A stretch of 60,444 bases of DNA. Source: an uncultured bacterium. Lineage in GTDB: Bacteria > CALINM01. The DNA is taken from contig CALINM010000065.1 of the NCBI GenBank assembly GCA_938045315.1, positions 1-60,444 on the forward strand, written 5' to 3'. The notes under the pieces are model-generated. The model did not search any database. It was not told where the DNA came from and was given only the letters and a program-made list of their open reading frames with translations. Every line of letters begins with the position of its first letter. Positions within the stretch are counted from its first letter, which is position 1. The position numbers and the translations under genes were made by a program. Below are positions 48,863 through 60,345 of this stretch, in pieces.

Positions 48863-50387
48863 CTGAAACCTCCCATTTTTTTAGTACCAAAGGCAAGGAT
48901 TTTATAATATCTGTAGCATTAAGTCCATACTCTCCCACTTCATCTTTTGCCAGATCTCCAGCCATACCATGAAGCAGTAAGGAGAGCCTTATTGCTTCGC
49001 CAATTTTGTACCTTTGAGAAATAAAAGATCCAATTATACCTGAAAGTACATCCCCAGTGCCAGCTGTTGCCATCCCGGGGTTACCATATGTGGAAAAGTA
49101 AACATTTCCTGAGGGATCAGCATATATGGTTGTTGCGCCTTTAAGCACAACATGGCAGTTATACTCTCCGGCAAACTTAAGTACATAGTCTACCGGTTTA
49201 TTTAAAATAGATGAAATATTTTCCCCTACTAATCTTGCCATTTCTCCTGGATGGGGAGTTAGTACCACTGGATATTTTAGGTTTTTTAAAATATCTCTAT
49301 TAACAGAAAGACAATTTATGCCATCGGCATCAATTACGACAGGACAATTTACAGTCCTTAACAATTTTTGAAAAAAATTTACTGTCCTTTCATTCTGCCC
49401 CATGCCAGGTCCTAAAACTATGCATTCTTTATCTAGTAGGATTCCTTCTATCTCATCGAAATATTCAACATCAAGAATATCAGTGCTTCCCTTTAACGGA
49501 TAGGTCATAACTTCTAAAGAAAGGGTTTCTAAAATATTATTCAATTCCTCTGGACATACGATTGTTACCAGACCAGCTCCTGCTCTCAAACCAGCCTTTG
49601 CTGCCATAGCTACAGCACCTGTTTTACCTCTTGAACCACCAATAACAACCATATGACCATATATACCCTTATGAGTATTAGGGCTTCTTTTTTTCAAAAT
49701 ACGGATTTCTTCATTATCAATAAGAAAATAATTGGTTTCAAGGGAACACGACAAGGAAATATCAACAACCTCTATATTTCCACAATACTCTCTTCCAGGA
49801 AACAATATATGCCCAAGTTTCAAATATCCTAATGCTACTGTAAAATTTGATTTAACAGCACAACCCATAATTTCACCCGTATCAGAATTAATGCCTGATG
49901 GGATATCTATACTTACAGTAAATTTTCCCGATTTGTTAATTTTCTCTATATATTCTCTATAAACACCTTCTACTCCTCTTGTAAGACCTGTTCCAAAAAT
50001 AGCATCTATTAAAATTTCAGAAGAATTGAATAGAGCATTTATTTTTTCCTCCCTTTCAGAGGTTAAAACAATTTGAATACCCATATTCTTTAAGATATTA
50101 AAATTTATTTCCGTCTCTATTGAAAATTTTTTATCATCATCAATTAAAACCATATTTACAACAGCCCCAGAATTTTTTAGATGCCTTACAACTGCCATCC
50201 CATCACCGCCATTATTACCCCTGCCGCAAATAACAAGAATTTTTTTATTTTTTACATCCTTTAGCTTCTTTAAACAATTCACAACTCCAATAGACGCATT
50301 CTCCATCAATATTAAGGGTGAAATACCAAGACTACCCGCTTTTAGCTCTAATTCTCTCATCATTTTAGTATTATAAATTTTTTTCAT
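48852..50387 (-). CDS. nnr: Bifunctional NAD(P)H-hydrate repair enzyme Nnr (epimerase + ADP-dependent dehydratase)
   Basis: YjeF N-terminal domain (GRGNNGGDG) and C-terminal kinase-like domain (GGSRGKTGA, GTGDVLSG). Confidence 0.9.
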   Translation of the reverse strand: MKKIYNTKMMRELELKAGSLGISPLILMENASIGVVNCLKKLKDVKNKKILVICGRGNNGGDGMAVVRHLKNSGAVVNMVLIDDDKKFSIETEINFNILKNMGIQIVLTSEREEKINALFNSSEILIDAIFGTGLTRGVEGVYREYIEKINKSGKFTVSIDIPSGINSDTGEIMGCAVKSNFTVALGYLKLGHILFPGREYCGNIEVVDISLSCSLETNYFLIDNEEIRILKKRSPNTHKGIYGHMVVIGGSRGKTGAVAMAAKAGLRAGAGLVTIVCPEELNNILETLSLEVMTYPLKGSTDILDVEYFDEIEGILLDKECIVLGPGMGQNERTVNFFQKLLRTVNCPVVIDADGINCLSVNRDILKNLKYPVVLTPHPGEMARLVGENISSILNKPVDYVLKFAGEYNCHVVLKGATTIYADPSGNVYFSTYGNPGMATAGTGDVLSGIIGSFISQRYKIGEAIRLSLLLHGMAGDLAKDEVGEYGLNATDIIKSLPLVLKKWEVSDGC

Positions 50388-50746
50388 AGCCTCTCCAAAA
50401 TTGTCATGGCAACAGCATATTCTCCATCATGGGAAATCGATACATGTACATTAAAATTATCCAGGTTAAAGTTTTTAATAATTTTATGGGATAGAACAAT
50501 ATAGGGTTTGCCAGAATTATTATTTAATACAATTATATCTTTGAAAAAAACTTTTTTAGAAAACCCAGTTCCTAAAGCTTTTACAAAAGCCTCTTTAACA
50601 GCAAATTTACCACTTATTTCATAAACATTTTTCTTTATAATCTCTTCTTCTGTAAAAATTTTTCTCAAAAATCTATCTCCATATTTATCTAAAACTGACT
50701 TTATTCTATTAATTTTAACTAAATCAATCCCTATCCCTACTATCAT
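50384..50746 (-). CDS. acpS: Holo-[acyl-carrier-protein] synthase
   Basis: IVGIGIDLV ... FAVKEAFVKALG motifs; 120 aa. Confidence 0.9.
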   Translation of the reverse strand: MIVGIGIDLVKINRIKSVLDKYGDRFLRKIFTEEEIIKKNVYEISGKFAVKEAFVKALGTGFSKKVFFKDIIVLNNNSGKPYIVLSHKIIKNFNLDNFNVHVSISHDGEYAVAMTILERL

Positions 50747-51480
50747 CAGCTACCCATCTTACTTGCTGTAAGAATTAAATGTTTCATCTCTCTTACCGCC
50801 TCTTTAATCCCCACATAAATACTCCTGCTAATTATACTATGCCCGATATTTAACTCATATAGCCCTGGAATCCCAGCAATTTTTTGTACATTTTCGTAAC
50901 TAAGCCCATGACCAGCGCTTGTTTTAAGCTTTCTATCCAAAGAAAAAAGCACGCATTTCTTTATTTTTAAAAATTCCTGTTCTCTTTCTTTATCTTTACT
51001 TGCGTCTGCATACTTACCCGTGTGAATTTCGATACCATCCACTGCTAACTTGTAACAATTTTCAATCTGCTTCTCATCGGGGTCAACAAAAATAAATACT
51101 TCTATCCCACCCTCTTTTAATCTTAAACAAGTTTTTTTCAAAACATTGAAATGTTTTACAACATCAAGTCCCCCTTCAGTTGTTAGTTCTTCCCTTTTTT
51201 CCGGCACCAAAGTGACCATATGGGGTTTTACATCAAGTGCTATTTCCACCATCTCTTTTGTCGCTGCCATTTCTAAGTTAAGCCTTGTTTTAATAATATC
51301 TTTTAAAATTCTTAAATCCCTTTCCTTAATGTGCCTTCTATCCTCTCTCAAATGAACTGTTATACCATCTGCACCACCTAACTCTGCAAGCACTGCAGCA
51401 TAAACAGGATCAGGATAAACTGTTTTTCTTGCCTCTCTTAAAGTCGCCACATGATCAATATTTACACCCAGCTTTACCAT
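50746..51480 (-). CDS. pdxJ: Pyridoxine 5'-phosphate synthase
   Basis: [15 protein letters not shown]; HLREDRRHI; NIGHSII motifs. Confidence 0.95.
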   Translation of the reverse strand: MVKLGVNIDHVATLREARKTVYPDPVYAAVLAELGGADGITVHLREDRRHIKERDLRILKDIIKTRLNLEMAATKEMVEIALDVKPHMVTLVPEKREELTTEGGLDVVKHFNVLKKTCLRLKEGGIEVFIFVDPDEKQIENCYKLAVDGIEIHTGKYADASKDKEREQEFLKIKKCVLFSLDRKLKTSAGHGLSYENVQKIAGIPGLYELNIGHSIISRSIYVGIKEAVREMKHLILTASKMGS

Positions 51481-51493
51481 TTAGATCTCCTTT

Positions 51494-52846
51494 TTATAAA
51501 TTTCTCAAAATTGCTTCCTTTAAAATATCATTCCACTTCCACATCACTTTTTCATCTTTACATTCCACCATAATCCTGATTTTAGGTTCTGTTCCGGAAT
51601 ACCTGATATTCAATCTCCCTTTATTTTTCCTTAAATCATCTTCTGCCTGCTCAATAATTTTCTTTATTTCCGCTATACTCGTAAAATCTTTTTTCTCTTT
51701 AACAGTTAGGGATGATATAATTTGTGGATATGGATCTATAATATTAGATAACTGAGAAAGTGGTTTATCCTCAAGTATTAGGGCATGCAAAACTTGCAGC
51801 GCAGCAATTACTCCATCACCGGTTGTTGTATAATCAAGAGCGATAATATGTCCAGACTGCTCACCACCTAAATTAAGCTCTTCTTTTAAGAGAGCATCAA
51901 CCACATTTCTATCACCTACAGGTACTTTAATCACTTTACCACCCAGATCTTCCATGAATTCATCCAGTGCCATATTACTCATCACTGTGGCAACTAATGT
52001 TTTTTTCTTCAATCGGTCTAACTTTAACATATGCCTTGCTAATATAGCTAAAATCTTGTCACCATTTAATATATTCCCCTTTTCATCACTGAAAATTACC
52101 CTATCTCCATCGCCATCAAGGGCAATACCTAAATCAGCACCACTCTCAAGAACATGTTTTGACAGATGTTCTGGATAAAGGGCACCACAGCCTTCATTTA
52201 TATTCTCACCATCTGGATTAACCCCTACCGCTATTACCCTGGCACCTAACTCTTCAAAAACCTTAGGAGCTATTTTATAAAAAGCACCATTTGCACAATC
52301 AACTACTATTTTTATACCTTCAAGTGTATACTCCTTTGGGAAAGTTGTTTTCAAATAGCTTATATACCTACCTGCAGCATCATCAATTCTATGGGCTTTC
52401 CCAATATCTTTATACAAAGGTCTTAAATTTGCTATTTCATCACCTAAACAAAGCTGCTCAATCCTCTCTTCTAATTCATCTGACAGTTTAAAACCATCAC
52501 GAGAAAAAATTTTTATACCGTTATCATAGTATGGGTTATGTGATGCAGAAATTACAACACCTGCATCAGCCCTAATACTTTGAGTTAAAAACGCAATTCC
52601 AGGGGTAGGTATTGGACCCACAAGAACACAATCAGCCCCCATAGAACAAATACCAGAGGCAAGGGCCGTTTCAAGCATGTAACCTGAAAGCCTTGTATCT
52701 TTTCCTATAAGGATTTTATGTCTCGCATTGTCACGATTTCTAAATATATAGGCACAGGCCCTACCTACTTTAAAAGCTATTTCTGGAAGCATAGGATATT
52801 CATTCGCCAGGCCCCTAATACCATCGGTACCAAAAAGCTTTCCCAT
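51494..52846 (-). CDS. glmM: Phosphoglucosamine mutase
   Basis: LFGTDGIRG; active-site SASHNP; DGDGDR metal loop. Confidence 0.95.
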   Translation of the reverse strand: MGKLFGTDGIRGLANEYPMLPEIAFKVGRACAYIFRNRDNARHKILIGKDTRLSGYMLETALASGICSMGADCVLVGPIPTPGIAFLTQSIRADAGVVISASHNPYYDNGIKIFSRDGFKLSDELEERIEQLCLGDEIANLRPLYKDIGKAHRIDDAAGRYISYLKTTFPKEYTLEGIKIVVDCANGAFYKIAPKVFEELGARVIAVGVNPDGENINEGCGALYPEHLSKHVLESGADLGIALDGDGDRVIFSDEKGNILNGDKILAILARHMLKLDRLKKKTLVATVMSNMALDEFMEDLGGKVIKVPVGDRNVVDALLKEELNLGGEQSGHIIALDYTTTGDGVIAALQVLHALILEDKPLSQLSNIIDPYPQIISSLTVKEKKDFTSIAEIKKIIEQAEDDLRKNKGRLNIRYSGTEPKIRIMVECKDEKVMWKWNDILKEAILRNL

Positions 52847-52856
52847 AAATCCTCCT

Positions 52857-53456
52857 CTAATTCATAAAAATAACATTAACAGTTTCAGGTTTTAAAATAA
52901 CTTTTTCACTGGGGGGTGATAATTTTATATCTAATTTAACGTTTTTTTCAATACTGGTTATTTCTTCAGTCTCAACATTATAAATGTTCTCTATAATATG
53001 CTTTGGGCCCTTAATTACAACATATTCGGGCATTACTTTTATTTTCCTATTACCTGAATATCTTGGAACAACTCGAACCTTTTTTTCAACTATAGGGGAT
53101 AATCGTATTGTAATCTTTTCTGGTTGAATCTTTAATATCTGAAAACTTGATGGTAAATTAAACATTGTCTGGCTAATTTCATAAGTAATACGTCCCGGTT
53201 TCTGCATTTTCAAAGAAATTTCAAATTTGTTGTGATTTTTAAGAATGTTGTTTAATAAATGTTTTGGCCCTTTAACCCAAACCATTATTTCAGGGGTATT
53301 AACTTCTTCGATGTATAAACCTTCGGGCAGATTCGTAAATAATATATTATACCTGAGAGCAGTTTCGATTACACCTTTACCCTGTACATAAAACCATATG
53401 GATATAGAAAATATAACGGCTACTATCTTTAATCCCCAATTCTCAAAAATTTTCAT
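52857..53456 (-). CDS. cdaR: YbbR-domain protein (CdaR-like regulator of diadenylate cyclase)
   Basis: N-terminal TM helix and YbbR-like beta repeats; sits between cdaA and glmM as in the conserved cdaA-cdaR-glmM module. Confidence 0.7.
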   Translation of the reverse strand: MKIFENWGLKIVAVIFSISIWFYVQGKGVIETALRYNILFTNLPEGLYIEEVNTPEIMVWVKGPKHLLNNILKNHNKFEISLKMQKPGRITYEISQTMFNLPSSFQILKIQPEKITIRLSPIVEKKVRVVPRYSGNRKIKVMPEYVVIKGPKHIIENIYNVETEEITSIEKNVKLDIKLSPPSEKVILKPETVNVIFMN

Positions 53457-54226
53457 TTTTTAGTAGACTTTTTTACTCCAAAAAGTAGTTTATGTAACAA
53501 TCTTTCTAAAATCTCTTCACTAACTTTAGTAGTTATTTTTCCATCAACTGCTACTGAGAAATCTCCTGTTTCTTCTGACACTATGAGGGATACTGCATCA
53601 GTTTCTTCAGTAACCCCAATAGCAGCCCTGTGGCGGGTTCCCAGATTTTTTGAAAGATTTGATTGCCTTGTAAGAGGTAGAAAGCATCCTGCAGCTTTAA
53701 GAATACCATCTTTGATAATCACAGCTCCATCATGAAGAGGGGTTGCGGGATGAAATATAGAAAGTAAAAGTTCCTTTGAGACCTTTGCATTTAATATAGT
53801 TGCATCTTCCATGTATTCACTTAAATCATCATCCCTCTGAAAAACAATTAAAGCGCCTATCTTATTAATTTGCATTGTTTTGACAGCCCTAAAAATCTCA
53901 TCTAAATACTCTGTACTTTTTGGTGTTTTCACATTCTTCATCATTGCACCTCTACCAACCAAAACAAGGGCTCTTCTTATTTCGGGGTTAAAAATAATTA
54001 CAAGCATTATTAAGAGGGAGGAAATAAAATTATTTAAAATCCAGTTTATGGTTAATATTTGATAATAATCAGTTAAAAAATAAGTAATAAATATTACAGC
54101 ACAACCTAAAAGAATTTTAAACGTTCTCGTACCTCTTAAAAATAGAAGTACTTTGTAGGTGATATAACTCATCACCCCAATATCCAAGATATCTTGCCAG
54201 CGTATTGTATATAAAATTTGCTTCAT
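53453..54226 (-). CDS. cdaA: Diadenylate cyclase CdaA (c-di-AMP synthase)
   Basis: Three N-terminal TM helices; DAC-domain DGA (PLHDGAVI) and RHR (GTRHRAAIG) motifs. Confidence 0.9.
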   Translation of the reverse strand: MKQILYTIRWQDILDIGVMSYITYKVLLFLRGTRTFKILLGCAVIFITYFLTDYYQILTINWILNNFISSLLIMLVIIFNPEIRRALVLVGRGAMMKNVKTPKSTEYLDEIFRAVKTMQINKIGALIVFQRDDDLSEYMEDATILNAKVSKELLLSIFHPATPLHDGAVIIKDGILKAAGCFLPLTRQSNLSKNLGTRHRAAIGVTEETDAVSLIVSEETGDFSVAVDGKITTKVSEEILERLLHKLLFGVKKSTKK

Positions 54227-54231
54227 CCCTT

Positions 54232-55449
54232 TTAAAAAATATCAGCATTTTTTATTGCATCCGCAACCTTAACGGCATCTTTCATTCTCTTAACTTCATG
54301 AACGCGAACTATATGGGCACCATTTATTATTGCAATACCAACACTAACCATAGTTTCATCATCTCTATGGTATGCTTCTTTACCAGTAATTTTACCCAGA
54401 AAAGATTTCCTTGAGGTACCAATAAGTATTGGTAAACCAAATATGGAAAACTCTCTAAGTTTTTTTAAGATAAATAAATTATGCTCAAACTTTTTACCAA
54501 AACCAATACCGGGATCGATGACAATTCTATCTTTTTCTATTCCTGCTTCTTTTGCTCTACCTATGGAGTTATTAAGACTTTCTATTAATTCCCCCATAAA
54601 ATCTTCATATTCCGTATTTTTTTGCATATCCTGAGGCTTACCTCTCGTATGCATTATAATAAGCCCCGCTTTATTATCAGCTACTACTTTACTCATATTT
54701 TCATCAAAATTTAAACCACTAATATCATTAATAATATCAGCACCAGCTTCTAACGCCCTTTTAGCAGTTTCACTTTTATACGTATCAACAGAAACCAATA
54801 TATCCTTATTATGATTTTTTATCATTTCTATAACTGGCACAACCCTTGATATTTCCTCTTCTACATCCACAGGTTCAGCAAAAGGTCTTGTTGACTCACC
54901 ACCTATATCTATTATATCAGCACCATTTTCATATAAATCTATAGCATGCTTAAAAGCTTTTTGTTTATCAATGTATAACCCCCCATCAGAAAATGAATCA
55001 GGAGTTACATTGAGCACACCCATTATTAGAGTTTTTTGCCCTAATTCAATTTCCTTATCCTTCACCTTCCACAAAAATTTATCTTTGCTAATATTACTTA
55101 GAATCTCTCTGATTTCTTCTGATAACTTCTTCATCGAAAAGGGTTGACGTAGCAACCTTCTACATAACTCATAATATTGTTTTAATGTTCCCATAATAAG
55201 CACATCCGTTCTTTCCACCCCACCTACAAGCACTGCTCTATCAACAGCAGCATCACCACCTATAGCAAGCATTTCTTGTTTTAAGATATGTGCCTGTGGT
55301 AACTTAAGGTTATAAACCTTAAGATTTATAGTCATAGTCTTTCTAAACATTGATGCAACACCACCCTGATCAGAACCAATTCTTTCTATTTGTAATCGTG
55401 CTTCCTTCTCGCTACTAATATCAATTTTTCTTATTTTAAACAACTGCAT
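54232..55449 (-). CDS. folP: Dihydropteroate synthase with an N-terminal extension of about 125 aa
   Basis: [14 protein letters not shown]; DIGGESTRP; DPGIGFGK. The extra N-terminal domain is not found in the typical DHPS of about 280 aa. Confidence 0.85.
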   Translation of the reverse strand: MQLFKIRKIDISSEKEARLQIERIGSDQGGVASMFRKTMTINLKVYNLKLPQAHILKQEMLAIGGDAAVDRAVLVGGVERTDVLIMGTLKQYYELCRRLLRQPFSMKKLSEEIREILSNISKDKFLWKVKDKEIELGQKTLIMGVLNVTPDSFSDGGLYIDKQKAFKHAIDLYENGADIIDIGGESTRPFAEPVDVEEEISRVVPVIEMIKNHNKDILVSVDTYKSETAKRALEAGADIINDISGLNFDENMSKVVADNKAGLIIMHTRGKPQDMQKNTEYEDFMGELIESLNNSIGRAKEAGIEKDRIVIDPGIGFGKKFEHNLFILKKLREFSIFGLPILIGTSRKSFLGKITGKEAYHRDDETMVSVGIAIINGAHIVRVHEVKRMKDAVKVADAIKNADIF

Positions 55450-57226
55450 CTCCTATAATACTATCAATTTCTTTGCCATCCAAAGTTTCTTTGATTAAAA
55501 GCATCTCCACAAGCTTTTCCAGCTTATCTCTATTATTGATAATTATTTCCTTTGCTTTCTCATAGGCGCCTGTCACTATATGCTTAATTTCATTATCTAT
55601 TTCAATAGCAGTTTTCTCACTGTAATTTTTGTGTTCAGCAAAATCTCTTCCTAAAAAGATATGTTCACTTCTTTTACCAAATGTCACGGGTCCAAGTTTC
55701 TCGCTCATACCCCATTCACAAACCATTTTTCTTGCAAGCTCAGTAGCTCTTTCAAGATCATTTCCAGCACCAGTAGTCATTTTATGTAGAGCTATCTCTT
55801 CTGCTGCTCTACCACCCAGTAAAATAGCTAAATTGTTTAAAAGATAATCTCTGGTATAATTATGTTTATCATCAATTGGTAGTAATTGAGTTAATCCTAA
55901 AGCCATACCTCTTGGGATTATTGAAACTTTATGAATAGGATCAGTACCCGGGAGCATTTTGGCTACAAGAGTATGCCCTGCTTCATGATATGCAGTAACT
56001 CTTTTTTCTTCCTCACTTATAACCATACTTCTTCTCTCAGTACCCATCATCACTTTGTCTTTTGCCTGTTCAAAGGCTTCCATATCCACAACATCCTTAT
56101 TCATTCTTGCTGCAAGAAGTGCTGCTTCATTAACCATATTTGCAAGATCTGCTCCAGAAAAACCAGGGGTACTTTTAGCAAGTAAAGATAAGTCAACATC
56201 TGGTGCCAAAGGTATTTTTGCAGTATGAACCCTGAGTATTTGTTCTCTTCCCCTAACATCGGGCTTTGGAACTACTATTTGTCTATCAAATCTACCAGGC
56301 CTTAGAAGAGCCGGATCAAGAATGTCAGGTCTATTAGTTGCAGCTACTATAATTATACCTGTGTTGGGATCAAAACCATCCATCTCCACAAGAAGTTGGT
56401 TTAAAGTTTGTTCCCTTTCATCGTGACCTCCACCTAACCCTGCCCCTCTCTGTCTACCAACAGCATCTATTTCATCAATAAAAATTATGCATGGAGCATT
56501 CTTTTTTGCAGTATCGAATAAATCCCTTACTCTAGACGCACCAACACCAACAAACATCTCAACAAAATCAGAACCGGAGATTGAAAAAAATGGTACTCCC
56601 GCTTCTCCAGCAATTGCTTTTGCAAGCAGTGTTTTACCAGTACCTGGTGAACCTACTAAAAGAACTCCTTTGGGTATTCTTGCACCTAACCTTGTGAACT
56701 TCTTTGGATCCTTTAAAAAATCAATTATCTCTTTTAGCTCTTCTTTTGCTTCTTCAATTCCTGCAACATCAGCAAAGGTAACCCTATTTTTACTATCCTG
56801 TTGTGTTTTAAAACGAGCTTTACCAAAAGATAGAGCTTTTCCCTGCCCTGATTGCATCTGTTTCATAAAAAAGATCCACACCCCTATGAAGAGAAGCATG
56901 GGTAACCATGAAATAAGGGCATTTTGCCAAAAACCACCTTCTTCAGGCTTAACTTCTATTTTTACACCTTTTTCTCTTAAAATCTTAATAATATCAGGAT
57001 CCGGTGGCATATAGGTTTTAAACTCTGAACCATCCTTGTTCTTGCCAGTAATCTTTTGTCCCTGTATTGATACAGCATCAACCTTACCTTCATCAACTTC
57101 AATTAAAAACTCACTATATAATACTTTTCTAGATTTCCCTACAGGCTGATTGAAATAATTGAATACAAGCATCATTGCAAGTAAAAGCAATACCCATATA
57201 GTCAAAGTTTTAAAAGCATTATTCAT
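55436..57226 (-). CDS. ftsH: ATP-dependent zinc metalloprotease FtsH
   Basis: Two TM helices; Walker A GSPGTGKT; SRH; HEAGH zinc site. Confidence 0.95.
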   Translation of the reverse strand: MNNAFKTLTIWVLLLLAMMLVFNYFNQPVGKSRKVLYSEFLIEVDEGKVDAVSIQGQKITGKNKDGSEFKTYMPPDPDIIKILREKGVKIEVKPEEGGFWQNALISWLPMLLFIGVWIFFMKQMQSGQGKALSFGKARFKTQQDSKNRVTFADVAGIEEAKEELKEIIDFLKDPKKFTRLGARIPKGVLLVGSPGTGKTLLAKAIAGEAGVPFFSISGSDFVEMFVGVGASRVRDLFDTAKKNAPCIIFIDEIDAVGRQRGAGLGGGHDEREQTLNQLLVEMDGFDPNTGIIIVAATNRPDILDPALLRPGRFDRQIVVPKPDVRGREQILRVHTAKIPLAPDVDLSLLAKSTPGFSGADLANMVNEAALLAARMNKDVVDMEAFEQAKDKVMMGTERRSMVISEEEKRVTAYHEAGHTLVAKMLPGTDPIHKVSIIPRGMALGLTQLLPIDDKHNYTRDYLLNNLAILLGGRAAEEIALHKMTTGAGNDLERATELARKMVCEWGMSEKLGPVTFGKRSEHIFLGRDFAEHKNYSEKTAIEIDNEIKHIVTGAYEKAKEIIINNRDKLEKLVEMLLIKETLDGKEIDSIIGDAVV

Positions 57227-57257
57227 AAAATCTCCAAGATAAAATTTACATTAATGT

Positions 57258-58607
57258 TTATATCAGAAAATGCCTAATTTTACAATACAATTCAGAGGGA
57301 TAAAAGATAAAATATACCTCATAATCCTCACTCACCAACTCCTTTTTTTCGCTATCAAAAAGAAAATTGTGAATAACATTAGGACCAACTGCAACAAGAG
57401 GTATAGCCTTTCTAAAAAAGCTGGGTATTCTCTTTTTTAGATAATATTCTTTTAGTTTAATCCCCCTGTAAACATCACCGGGTAAAAAACTTCTTATTTG
57501 AAAGTTCACTTCAGATATGTATCTTCTAAAGCATACTTCCATAGCACCCATTTCATTGGGGAGTAAAAAGTTTGCAGTATTATTCACAGATACGGAGAAA
57601 TCCTGAAAAAAACTCTTCTTTTTTGAAAATATAACTACATCACAGCTTTTGCAAACAAATATCCCACCGGGAAAGAAACAAGAATATGACCCTTTTTTAA
57701 TTGCCTTAACATAAAATTCATGGATATGTTTTCTTTCAATATAAAGATTTGTCCCGGTAATCCTTTTATACATATTTCTCAGTAATTCTGAAACTATATA
57801 TCTATCTTCTTTTAAAAAATCAGCTTTATAAACATGAAATTTATCATGCTCTATAAGAATATACTTATTTAAAAGTTCATCTACCTTATTCTCTAAATAT
57901 TTACTAATCTCTGATATATCAATGGCAAGATTAAAAATATGTTTTTTAACGTTGCTATTTATCTCTTCCATTAGGGGCAATAAATTATGTCTTATCATAT
58001 TCCTTGTATACTTAGTGTCCATGTTTGATTTATCATTTATAAATGTGAGATTTTCTTTTTCCAATTCCTCAAGGATCTCCTTCTTTTTTATAAAAAGCAA
58101 TGGTCTAATAATTATACCATCCTTAGGACTCATTGCCGCTATACCTTTTATTCCTGAGCCCCGTATGATTCTAAATAGAACTGTCTCCACCTGATCTTCT
58201 AAATTGTGTCCCGTGGCTATAAAATCAGCATTATATTTTTTATAAACATAGTTTAATATGTTCCTTCTCACTATTCTTCCCGTCTCTTCTATGCCTTTTT
58301 TCCATTTTTTTGAAAGGAATAAAACATGGGCAGAAAATATCAATACATCTATCCCAAACCTTTCTTTAACATAATTTTTTAGCCAGACAGCTTCTTTGTA
58401 AGCATCTTCTCTTATCATATGATTTATGTGTACTGGTACAATTTCTATTGAATAAGCTTCTTTTAATTTAATAAGTACATTCAATAAAAAAATTGAATCT
58501 GAGCCGCCTGAAAGAGCTAAAATTACTCTATTTTTTCTATTTTTATTTAGAAGATCAAACTTTTCGATAGTTTGACAAATTTTATATAAAATTTCATTTG
58601 ATTCCAT
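57258..58607 (-). CDS. tilS: tRNA(Ile)-lysidine synthase
   Basis: PP-loop LALSGGSDS; tilS-ftsH synteny. Confidence 0.85.
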   Translation of the reverse strand: MESNEILYKICQTIEKFDLLNKNRKNRVILALSGGSDSIFLLNVLIKLKEAYSIEIVPVHINHMIREDAYKEAVWLKNYVKERFGIDVLIFSAHVLFLSKKWKKGIEETGRIVRRNILNYVYKKYNADFIATGHNLEDQVETVLFRIIRGSGIKGIAAMSPKDGIIIRPLLFIKKKEILEELEKENLTFINDKSNMDTKYTRNMIRHNLLPLMEEINSNVKKHIFNLAIDISEISKYLENKVDELLNKYILIEHDKFHVYKADFLKEDRYIVSELLRNMYKRITGTNLYIERKHIHEFYVKAIKKGSYSCFFPGGIFVCKSCDVVIFSKKKSFFQDFSVSVNNTANFLLPNEMGAMEVCFRRYISEVNFQIRSFLPGDVYRGIKLKEYYLKKRIPSFFRKAIPLVAVGPNVIHNFLFDSEKKELVSEDYEVYFIFYPSELYCKIRHFLI

Positions 58608-60345
58608 GTTTTGCCAGATACGCCCTCTCTACCTCCTCCACGTAGAAGCGATCCATACCACTATTAAGTATAAAATCTTCTTTCAATTCTTTTTTTCCCT
58701 CCTCTATCATTTTAGGTAAAACTTGAGTAATAAGAAAAACCTCTTTCTTTATATGCCAGAAAATTTCCTGCCATAGATGCTTTGATATATAAACATCCCC
58801 ACCTACTTCAGCTGAGAGCTTTTCTGTAACCTTTGCCATATAATATTCCATGTCCATATCCTTTTCACCCCACAGAGAAAAAACTTCCCAGAATTCATCT
58901 TTTATTATTTTAATAATTTTGTAAAAATATACCTCATCTTGCATCAGGCTTTTTAAAGCAAAAACGCTCGGTAGCAGCATCCCTTCATCCATTGCAATTA
59001 ATGGTATTTGTTTTTCTAAAAATTCCAATCTTCTTCTACCCAAGAAAGTCAAATAGGGATCTTTATAAATATCATTTAGAAAAAGCTGATTGAAAAAACC
59101 ATTTTTTAAATCTTCAAAGGCTCTATAGTTTCCTACAAGACTCCTTATATGATTTTCATTTATTGTATTTTCAGGAACAAAGGCAATCTTTGTAATTAAT
59201 TGATGAGTCGTATCAAACCTATCAAAGTAAGTTATAAGTGTATTAAAACTCTCCACAACTAAAAAGTTTTCTTCCTTTGAAGCCTTTTCATCCACCATTC
59301 TACCTACATCGAGAAAAAACTGTTCGAAAGCCATATCTCTTATTTTTAGAGATTCTTTTTTAGCTAGAAGTAAACTTATTATTCCATCCCTGTCTATGTC
59401 TCCAGTTTCAAGTAGTTTTATTAATATATCCTTTACATTTTTATCTTCCCTTTCCTTTTCTGGCTTAATGAAAACCCTTTCTAAATTATCTAATATACTT
59501 GCCGGTATCCCATTTCTTATCAACACCAACCTGATCTTTTTGAGTCGCGATTCATCTTCTTCATCAATAGCACCACTTTGATATCTTTTGATTAAAATTG
59601 AAACATAATCATTGACAAGTTTCTGATTCTCTTCTCTATGATACGCACTTTCTACCCTGATTCTTTCTAATTGATAACTCTCTATCTTATTTTCAAGGAC
59701 TTTCATTTTCTTTTCTTCCTCTTCACCAAGCTCCACTTTAGACATAAGATGCCATAATTCTTTTACAACCACATCGCACAGCTTAAGTAATAAAATAATT
59801 GAATCTTTCTCACCTAAATGGTCGTATAAAAGATTCACTATATACTCATCATCACCTTTAGATGCAAGGTTAGTTCTTTTAAGAGATTTCCCTACCTTTC
59901 TTAATATTTCTTCCTGCCTTTTTCCAGCTGATTTAAAGGTTTTGTTACTAACTACAAGAAAATAATAGTTTGTAATAGCATTGCCTTCGCTAAAAATATT
60001 TGTATAATCATCTTCACCAGATATATCATCAGTAAATTCTATAATATTTTCACTTTTTTGTTTGGCACCAAACATAATTAATCTATTTTTTACTTCAAGT
60101 TTTATTAGATCTTTGAATGGTCTCTCAACACCAAACATATAGCTGCAAAAACTACCTCCGAAACCCTTATATATAAGACCCCTTTGAGTTAAAGTAAAAC
60201 CACAACCTTTTGCAAAAAATCTTTCTACATTTTCTTCCTTGTTGTAACTATAAAAAACCTTTTCATAAACCTCATTACCAAGGGCACAAAATTTATACAT
60301 TAACCTCTGATTGATCTGACCTTCCATTATGATCTTCTTCAGCAT
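58594..60345 (-). CDS. Hypothetical protein (583 aa), largely alpha-helical, no recognisable motif
   Basis: Long ORF with normal codon usage; 14-nt overlap with the tilS start suggests co-translation. I cannot recognise any catalytic or binding signature. Confidence 0.6.
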   Translation of the reverse strand: MLKKIIMEGQINQRLMYKFCALGNEVYEKVFYSYNKEENVERFFAKGCGFTLTQRGLIYKGFGGSFCSYMFGVERPFKDLIKLEVKNRLIMFGAKQKSENIIEFTDDISGEDDYTNIFSEGNAITNYYFLVVSNKTFKSAGKRQEEILRKVGKSLKRTNLASKGDDEYIVNLLYDHLGEKDSIILLLKLCDVVVKELWHLMSKVELGEEEEKKMKVLENKIESYQLERIRVESAYHREENQKLVNDYVSILIKRYQSGAIDEEDESRLKKIRLVLIRNGIPASILDNLERVFIKPEKEREDKNVKDILIKLLETGDIDRDGIISLLLAKKESLKIRDMAFEQFFLDVGRMVDEKASKEENFLVVESFNTLITYFDRFDTTHQLITKIAFVPENTINENHIRSLVGNYRAFEDLKNGFFNQLFLNDIYKDPYLTFLGRRRLEFLEKQIPLIAMDEGMLLPSVFALKSLMQDEVYFYKIIKIIKDEFWEVFSLWGEKDMDMEYYMAKVTEKLSAEVGGDVYISKHLWQEIFWHIKKEVFLITQVLPKMIEEGKKELKEDFILNSGMDRFYVEEVERAYLAKHGIK

